From NCBI GenBank assembly GCA_016930135.1, contig JAFGHM010000102.1, forward strand, positions 1 through 59,092: a DNA stretch of 59,092 bases, given 5' to 3'. Below the pieces are notes generated by a model that had not been told where the DNA came from, made no database searches, and saw only the letters and a list, made by a program, of their open reading frames with translations. Both the position numbers and the translations under genes were made by a program. Of this stretch, positions 53,401-59,092 are shown piece after piece. Each line of letters opens with the position of its first letter. Position 1 is the first letter of the stretch. This DNA comes from Thermoplasmatota archaeon (lineage in GTDB: Archaea; Thermoplasmatota; Thermoplasmata; UBA10834).

Positions 53401-54957
53401 ATGAGCAGGATAAAGAGAGCACTGGTCAGCGTTTCAGACAAGAACGGTCTTGTCGAGTTCTGCAAGGGTCTTTCGGAACTCGGCGTCGAGATACTGTCAA
53501 CAGGCGGGACAATGGCAGCCCTGGACAAGGCGGGCGTGCCGGTCATAGGCGTCTCCGAGGTGACGAAGTTCCCTGAGATGCTCGACGGGCGCGTAAAGAC
53601 ACTCCATCCGGCGATACATGGAGGAATCCTCGCGATGAGGACCAAGGAGGAGCACATGGAGGCCATCAAGAAGCACGGCATCGAGCCCATCGACATGGTG
53701 GTCGTGAACCTGTATCCCTTCGAGTCGACGGTCGCCAAGCCTGGGGTCAGGATCGAAGACGCGATAGAAAACATCGACATAGGAGGGCCGTCGATGATCA
53801 GGTCGGCGGCCAAGAACCACGCCGCTGTCGCTGTCGTTACCGACTCTGGGCAGTACGATTCCGTCCTCAAAGAGCTCAGAGAGAACGACTGCAGGCTTTC
53901 AGAGGAAACGAGACGCAAGCTCTCACTGGATGCCTTCAGAGCGACCGCAAGGTACGACTCGGCAATTGCGCAGTTCCTTGGTAGAAGGTTCGCATCTTTC
54001 GAGATGTTCCCGAAGAACCTCACGCTGTCTTTCGAGAAGCTCGGGGACCTCAGATATGGCGAGAACCCGCACCAGAAGGCAGCATTCTACAAGGACCTCT
54101 TCGATCAGACCCCTCTGAGCGTGGCCGCCGCGGAGAAGATGCACGGCAAGGAGATATCCTACTGCAACGTCCTAGATCTGGATGCTGCAATGGCGATCGT
54201 CTCCGATTTCGAGAAACCCACCGCCGCCGTGATCAAGCACACGAACCCCTCTGGCGTGGCGACCGCTGCTACCATTGCAGAGGCTTTCAGGATTGCCTAC
54301 GATGCGGACTCGCTGAGCGCCTTCGGATGTGTGGTTGGCCTGAACAGACCGGTCGACCTCGAGACCGCGAAGGAGATCGGGAGCCATTTCGTAGAAGCCG
54401 TGATCGCACCTTCCTACGACCCCGATGCGGAGGAACACCTGGAGAAGAAGAAGAGCATACGTCTGCTGCGCACGAACGTGCCCGTCAGACGTGAGGAGGG
54501 CCGACTGTTCATGGCCAAGGTGAAGGGCGGCCTTCTGGTCCAGACCGATCCGTACGCGGAGCTGGACAGGACCAAGCTGAGGGTGGTGACGAAAAGGGCA
54601 CCCTCTCAGGAGGAGATCGATGCCATGATCTTCGGGGTCAAGGTTGCGAGGCACATCAAGTCCAACACGATACTCCTGGTCAAGGGAGAGAGGACCGTGG
54701 GAGTGGGTGCCGGTCAGATGAGCAGAGTCGATTCCGCGAAGATAGCCGGCATGAAGGCCGGTCCGGAGGCCAAGGGGAGCGTGTTGGTATCAGACGCCTT
54801 CTTCCCCTTCAGGGACGGTATCGACGCGGCTGCGGCGGTAGGCGTGTCCGCGATCATACAGCCCGGAGGGTCGGTCAACGACGCGGAAGCGATTCAAGCT
54901 GCGGACGAGCACGAAATATCGATGGTCCTGAGCGGGCTGAGGCTGTTCAAGCACTGA
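53401..54957 (+). CDS. purH: bifunctional AICAR transformylase/IMP cyclohydrolase
   Basis: RALVSVSDK, GRVKTLHP, IDIGGPS, RYGENPHQ, SDAFFPF, QPGGS. Confidence 0.96.
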   Translation: MSRIKRALVSVSDKNGLVEFCKGLSELGVEILSTGGTMAALDKAGVPVIGVSEVTKFPEMLDGRVKTLHPAIHGGILAMRTKEEHMEAIKKHGIEPIDMVVVNLYPFESTVAKPGVRIEDAIENIDIGGPSMIRSAAKNHAAVAVVTDSGQYDSVLKELRENDCRLSEETRRKLSLDAFRATARYDSAIAQFLGRRFASFEMFPKNLTLSFEKLGDLRYGENPHQKAAFYKDLFDQTPLSVAAAEKMHGKEISYCNVLDLDAAMAIVSDFEKPTAAVIKHTNPSGVATAATIAEAFRIAYDADSLSAFGCVVGLNRPVDLETAKEIGSHFVEAVIAPSYDPDAEEHLEKKKSIRLLRTNVPVRREEGRLFMAKVKGGLLVQTDPYAELDRTKLRVVTKRAPSQEEIDAMIFGVKVARHIKSNTILLVKGERTVGVGAGQMSRVDSAKIAGMKAGPEAKGSVLVSDAFFPFRDGIDAAAAVGVSAIIQPGGSVNDAEAIQAADEHEISMVLSGLRLFKH

Positions 54958-54968
54958 GTAATCCACAC

Positions 54969-55658
54969 CTAATCCGATAAATCCAACTCAGCGGAGAAGC
55001 CGCGCCGCCAAAGAAGCCCGGAGTCAACGGGGTTCTGAATGCCCCATTCGAAGGGGATCCAGGTCGGCTTCACGAGCGAACCCGAAACGTGCCGCAGACG
55101 CACCTGTCTCCTGAAGTTGTCATCAATCCTCGTCTCGAACACACTGTCCGCAATCGATGAGAAGGAGGCCAGTATGTCCTCGGTCACAACGCCGCTCGTA
55201 ACGGATGCTGTCAATGAGCCGGTGAATCTGGAGATGGTAGAGAGGTCCTTGTAGAACCTTGAGACATAGATGGGCTCATGCGTGGCGAGAAGAGGCGTGA
55301 GCGAATCGAACACTGTCTGAACCGGCCTTCCCCCGAGGACGCCGACCGCCTTCGTGACGCACTCGAATATGTTGGAGAGCATGCTCGGGTCACCAACCTT
55401 TATCACGTGTGGGTCCGGGACTGGCGCGGATTCGGCACAGGCGTCGACGATGGCGAATGATCCTTCGGACTCGAATGCGGATGTGTTGACGCCGAACTTG
55501 GAGAGGTAGAAGACGACTTCGTCAGGCGGGGTCTTCGTCTCAACGAAGACAACCTTCTGGCCTGCCTCGAGCCTAGTCGCAGCCAGTTGGCAACAGACCT
55601 GGCAGACGCCCTGCTCCGACTCAGTGATCACCAGCGCAGAGCGGTTCTCCGAGAGCAA
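54969..55658 (-). CDS. KaiC/RAD55-like ATPase-fold protein lacking Walker A
   Basis: VFDSLT Walker-B-like strand and KaiC-type layout; the P-loop position reads TESEQGVCQ. Confidence 0.7.
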   Translation of the reverse strand: MLSENRSALVITESEQGVCQVCCQLAATRLEAGQKVVFVETKTPPDEVVFYLSKFGVNTSAFESEGSFAIVDACAESAPVPDPHVIKVGDPSMLSNIFECVTKAVGVLGGRPVQTVFDSLTPLLATHEPIYVSRFYKDLSTISRFTGSLTASVTSGVVTEDILASFSSIADSVFETRIDDNFRRQVRLRHVSGSLVKPTWIPFEWGIQNPVDSGLLWRRGFSAELDLSD

Positions 55659-55704
55659 TCTGAACGACCCCTCCTCTCGTGCCCCTGATTGACGTCCGAC
55701 TCTA

Positions 55705-57288
55705 CTAAAGTATCGGAACCAGCTTCGGCCTGAAATCCCGCGGCTCCGGGTCCGTCATCGCGTGAGGTGCCGTATAGGGCTCCTCGCCCCTTATCATCGT
55801 GACGCCTGAGATCTTGTCTATCCGGAGGTGAGCGTGCGCCAGGTCAGACAGCCTGCTAGTCGACCTGACCGACGGAGTGACTGTGGCCACGAAGAGGCCC
55901 TCATTGTTCAACAGGGATGTGAGGAACTCCATCATCCCGTCGAGAACCGCCGGGCCATAGACCGATTCGAGTGAGTCGAAACCTATGACAGCCAGGAAAG
56001 GCGCGTCCGAGTTCCTGAGCGCGTACTCCACATCCTGCCACTTCATGTCGACCCTGACGTCCTCGCCCTCCAGGGTCATTGCATATGGCTTTGGGGATCC
56101 GGCGGACGCATGCGGCTCTAGTATCCTCACGTTCTTGTCGAAGTCCTCAGCGGATACGAACCCGAGCAGCTCCTCCCTCGCGGACTCCGCACCTGTCTTC
56201 TTAGTCGGTATCCAGGCGACGCCGCGGCTCTGTGCGATGGAGTTGCATATGACCGCGCTCTCTATCGGGGCAGACGCTATAACCGGGACTCCAGGGCCCA
56301 GCTCAATGAGCGTTATCGTCCCCTTCCGGAGGCCTCCCCCTAGCATCGCGTCGAGCTCAGGCATGCCGGTCGAGACGTGCTTGGCGTCCGTGTCGGATTC
56401 GGCCTCGAACTTCTTCGGCTTGTCCGGCTTCGAGTACCTCGCGTATTCGAAGGTCCTCACCCTTCCGCCGAGAAGGGTGTAGACATACTTGGGCTGGCGT
56501 ATCTCGCACCCTCGGAGCTTCAGGATGTCCATCTCCCTTATCCTTCTGCCAGTGGAGCTGTCGAGGTTGAGGTATATGATGCCGTCGCCGAGATAGTCCA
56601 GCAGCGGGTCAGGAGTCTCGAGGACGTACACCACGTTTGTGCCGCATCCCTCGACTAGATCCTTCTGCATCGTGCTTATCAGCTTCGATGCGGGGACGCC
56701 GTACTTCTCGGCCAGTGCATCTATGCTGTCTATGACCACCAGCGTGCGCTCGGGAAGGGCCTTGTCCACCACATCGTATGCCATCTCTATCTCCGGCATC
56801 ATCGAGCCCACGGAGACCACCAGCTCTCCCTCCCTGTCACCAGGTTCCGCGGGCGACTCCTCACCGCCCTGCTCGATTATCCCCTGGAGACGCATCAGCT
56901 CTCTCCTAGGGGCTTTGACCTTCTCTGCCTTCAGCTCTCCTTTGATGGCCGCCAGCCCGAGCAGTATCTTCTCGACCTGCTGCTCGGAGTCCGCCTTCTT
57001 CCGGATCTTCTTACGAGCCTTGAGTATCTCGCCTTCCTTGACCTTATCGAGCAGCCACGGGAACTGCCTGAAGAGGGACGGGTCAGATACCCTGGTCGAC
57101 ATGTAGTAGCTCTGCTGTACTGCGGCCAGCTCCTCAATCAATTGCAGCGCCAGCGTGGTCTTGCCAGTGCCGGCCATGCCCCTGAAGATCAATGAGTGGC
57201 CTCCAGCGTTGGAGAGGAACCTGATTATCTCCTTGGGGAAGGTCGAGCTGCCTCTATATGCGGTTGCGGCCTCTTTTCTCTCTGCCAT
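55705..57288 (-). CDS. GvpD/KaiC-like double-domain ATPase
   Basis: GMAGTGKTT, IDSIDAL, LDYLGDG, KLRG, STG..ELD.MLGGG; second P-loop degenerate. Confidence 0.82.
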   Translation of the reverse strand: MAERKEAATAYRGSSTFPKEIIRFLSNAGGHSLIFRGMAGTGKTTLALQLIEELAAVQQSYYMSTRVSDPSLFRQFPWLLDKVKEGEILKARKKIRKKADSEQQVEKILLGLAAIKGELKAEKVKAPRRELMRLQGIIEQGGEESPAEPGDREGELVVSVGSMMPEIEMAYDVVDKALPERTLVVIDSIDALAEKYGVPASKLISTMQKDLVEGCGTNVVYVLETPDPLLDYLGDGIIYLNLDSSTGRRIREMDILKLRGCEIRQPKYVYTLLGGRVRTFEYARYSKPDKPKKFEAESDTDAKHVSTGMPELDAMLGGGLRKGTITLIELGPGVPVIASAPIESAVICNSIAQSRGVAWIPTKKTGAESAREELLGFVSAEDFDKNVRILEPHASAGSPKPYAMTLEGEDVRVDMKWQDVEYALRNSDAPFLAVIGFDSLESVYGPAVLDGMMEFLTSLLNNEGLFVATVTPSVRSTSRLSDLAHAHLRIDKISGVTMIRGEEPYTAPHAMTDPEPRDFRPKLVPIL

Positions 57289-57306
57289 TTTGACTCAACT
57301 CCTTTT

Positions 57307-57705
57307 CTACTCTCGCTCCTTGGGCCTGAGAAGGCCTCCTGCGGTTGCTTCCTCCTCTTCTTCCTCGACGAGCTTGATCTCCTTCCACTCGCCCCCGAAG
57401 TCCTGCACCTGTCCGGTGACCATCTGGAACCTGACCCTGAGCCTCCCACCCTCGAAGAATATGTATGCGTTCCTGAGTTGGGACAGATATAGGACTATCC
57501 TCTTGCCCTGCTGGGTCAGCGCCCGCTCGACAGGTTTGATCAGACCGGCCTTCTCGAGCACGTGTATCCTTCTGTAGCAGGCCGCTATCGGGATGCTCAA
57601 CTTGGCACTGAGCTCCAGTGCGTGCTTAGGCTTGCGGGAGCATGCGACAAGTATCTTGGCGGCGTAGGCGTCCATTATCAGCCTAGATGCCTCGAGGGGG
57701 TCCAA
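57307..57705 (-). CDS. winged-helix (ArsR-like) transcriptional regulator
   Basis: ELS..L.IPIAACYRRI..LEKAGLI; TTG start with GGAGG RBS. Confidence 0.85.
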   Translation of the reverse strand: MDPLEASRLIMDAYAAKILVACSRKPKHALELSAKLSIPIAACYRRIHVLEKAGLIKPVERALTQQGKRIVLYLSQLRNAYIFFEGGRLRVRFQMVTGQVQDFGGEWKEIKLVEEEEEEATAGGLLRPKERE

Positions 57706-57937
57706 TCCGTAGCCTCCGTGTCACGTTACAGCACCGAATGTCACAAATGCTCAAGTTGGGGGGATCATCCGCTTGCTGCGAACAACAGGCTCTGTTCCTG
57801 TGGAACGCGAATGCGCTACTGTCGTTTAAATGCTTTCGGATTTCTGGATACGGCCCTTGTAGGCACCCTCGCAAGCATTATATCACATGAGACGCCGTGT
57901 GCTCGCCCGCGGAGATAAACCCCGGGAAGGAAGGCGG

Positions 57938-58267
57938 ATGAAGGGCTCCAAGTGCAAGTGCGGGTTCTCCACGCTCTCCTACAGGAGAGCGTGTCCTCGG
58001 TGCGGGAGGCAAATGACGTCAGGCGATTGGCCGGACGAGGGCAGGGTTCTCTCCTTCGCGAGGCTGCAAGCAGTCCCGGAAGGCCTGCAGGATCCCTACG
58101 ACATGGCCCTCGTGGAAATCGAAGATGGCCCGAAACTGGTGTGCTGGAGCTCGTGCATCCTGAAGGAGAAGGATGAGGTCTCGATCTCGAAGGTCGAGGG
58201 GAAGTACATCTGCACCCCAAAGGTAACCCCGGACCAGAAGCCGAACAGCACCTCAAAGACTGATTGA
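57938..58267 (+). CDS. DUF35-type zinc-ribbon/OB-fold protein
   Basis: KCKCG...R.ACPRCG...G.V.SF...P.G...PY..ALVE. Confidence 0.82.
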   Translation: MKGSKCKCGFSTLSYRRACPRCGRQMTSGDWPDEGRVLSFARLQAVPEGLQDPYDMALVEIEDGPKLVCWSSCILKEKDEVSISKVEGKYICTPKVTPDQKPNSTSKTD

Positions 58268-59071
58268 GTCGGCACTGGCCAGGCAGAAGGATGGGCCCAG
58301 AGAGGCTATCCTGTTCTTCAGTGTCTCAGCGATGTCCGCCTTGGCCGAAGATGCCCTTATGTCAATGACAAGCTCGCAGGTCATGCGCTCGTAGTAGACG
58401 AGGACGTTGGTGTATCCTGCCAGAACGTTGATTCCCTCGTCTCCCAAGGCCCTCATTATCTCGAATATCGCGCCAGGCCTGTCAGGGATGTCGACGCACA
58501 GCCTCATCAGCTTCGAGTCCTCGTCGAGGAAGGCGATGGAGAGTATCCATGAATCGGGCTCACCTATGAGCATGATCGGTGCCGAGCGACTGCCCAGGAA
58601 GTTCATGTAGGCTTGGGGCATCTCGAAGATGCCGTCCTTGATGATGCTCGCCTTCTTCTCTGTCTTCCTGAGGGCCTTCGTCTTGACCTTCTCGTTCTCG
58701 ACCACTGCGCCCCGCGTGTACCGGGTGGCAAGATCAGATGCCGAGACGCGGAGGAAGTCGACCAGCGACAGTGACGGGTTGTTGGCCTTCTTGGCATCGT
58801 CGAACTCCTTCCTGAGCGAGGCGGAGTCGCCGAAGAACGACAGGTCGGCCAGCATCTCCCAGACCATCTCGACCTTTGGTATCGAGCTGACCGTCTCGGA
58901 GTTCAGTATGTCCACGTTCCTGGACTTGAGGAACTGGGCAACCTGAGCGAGCGCACCAGGTTCATCCCTGACCTGGAAGGTCAGGTAGGCGATCTCCCTG
59001 TAGTTCTCAGGTCCGAACGGGGAGAGCACTATCTCGTAGCTGCCCTTGCCATCTATCTCGTACTTGAACAT
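58253..59071 (-). CDS. double ACT-domain protein (frame open to window edge, may be 5'-partial)
   Basis: DEPGALAQVA..L....VDIL and DRPGAIFEI...L...GINVL. Confidence 0.8.
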   Translation of the reverse strand: MFKYEIDGKGSYEIVLSPFGPENYREIAYLTFQVRDEPGALAQVAQFLKSRNVDILNSETVSSIPKVEMVWEMLADLSFFGDSASLRKEFDDAKKANNPSLSLVDFLRVSASDLATRYTRGAVVENEKVKTKALRKTEKKASIIKDGIFEMPQAYMNFLGSRSAPIMLIGEPDSWILSIAFLDEDSKLMRLCVDIPDRPGAIFEIMRALGDEGINVLAGYTNVLVYYERMTCELVIDIRASSAKADIAETLKNRIASLGPSFCLASADSISL

Positions 59072-59092
59072 GGAGCTGAAGACCTCGCTCCC

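Noticed and set aside
55705-57288. Gas vesicle cluster or circadian clock
   Set aside because: No gvpA/structural genes and no kaiA/kaiB in the window.
1-59092. CRISPR array, rRNA, transposase or integrase
   Set aside because: No spaced repeat array, rRNA-like segment or recombinase motif was seen by eye.

Overview
Archaeal chromosomal window, most consistent with a Thermoplasmatota lineage related to Methanomassiliicoccales. This is inferred from gene content (Csl4, Nob1, GGR, Fpo-type complex I with split J, KaiC/GvpD-like ATPases, BRE/TATA promoters). From left to right: the 5' end of an mtnA/eIF2B-like gene; tRNA-Val(CAC) with a ~1.8 kb decayed islet bounded by a duplicated tRNA 3' end; SpoOM-like, coiled-coil and Rab-like GTPase genes; RNA-metabolism genes and glyA; a prenyltransferase-MenG-GGR cluster; a 'headless' complex I/Fpo operon (A,B,C,D,H,I,J1,J2,K,L,M,N; no E/F/G) whose I subunit carries six ferredoxin motifs; assorted housekeeping genes including an Mmp11-like gene. 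An ~18 kb C1 locus follows. It encodes a complete tetrahydrofolate-type methyl branch (Fdh, Fhs, FolD, MetV/MetF), with a split tandem-HdrA plus MvhD module attached to each redox end, no adjacent HdrB/C, and a formate-type MFS transporter and acetyl-CoA synthetase in the middle. The window ends with DUF885, bacterial-type purH, an HTH-GvpD/KaiC-like operon, DUF35 and an ACT protein. The best candidate for an undescribed system is the twin HdrA-HdrA-MvhD C1 locus, especially its strongly remodelled second module and a possible RNA switch in the leader of the first. All family calls come from motif recognition by eye; no searches were run.
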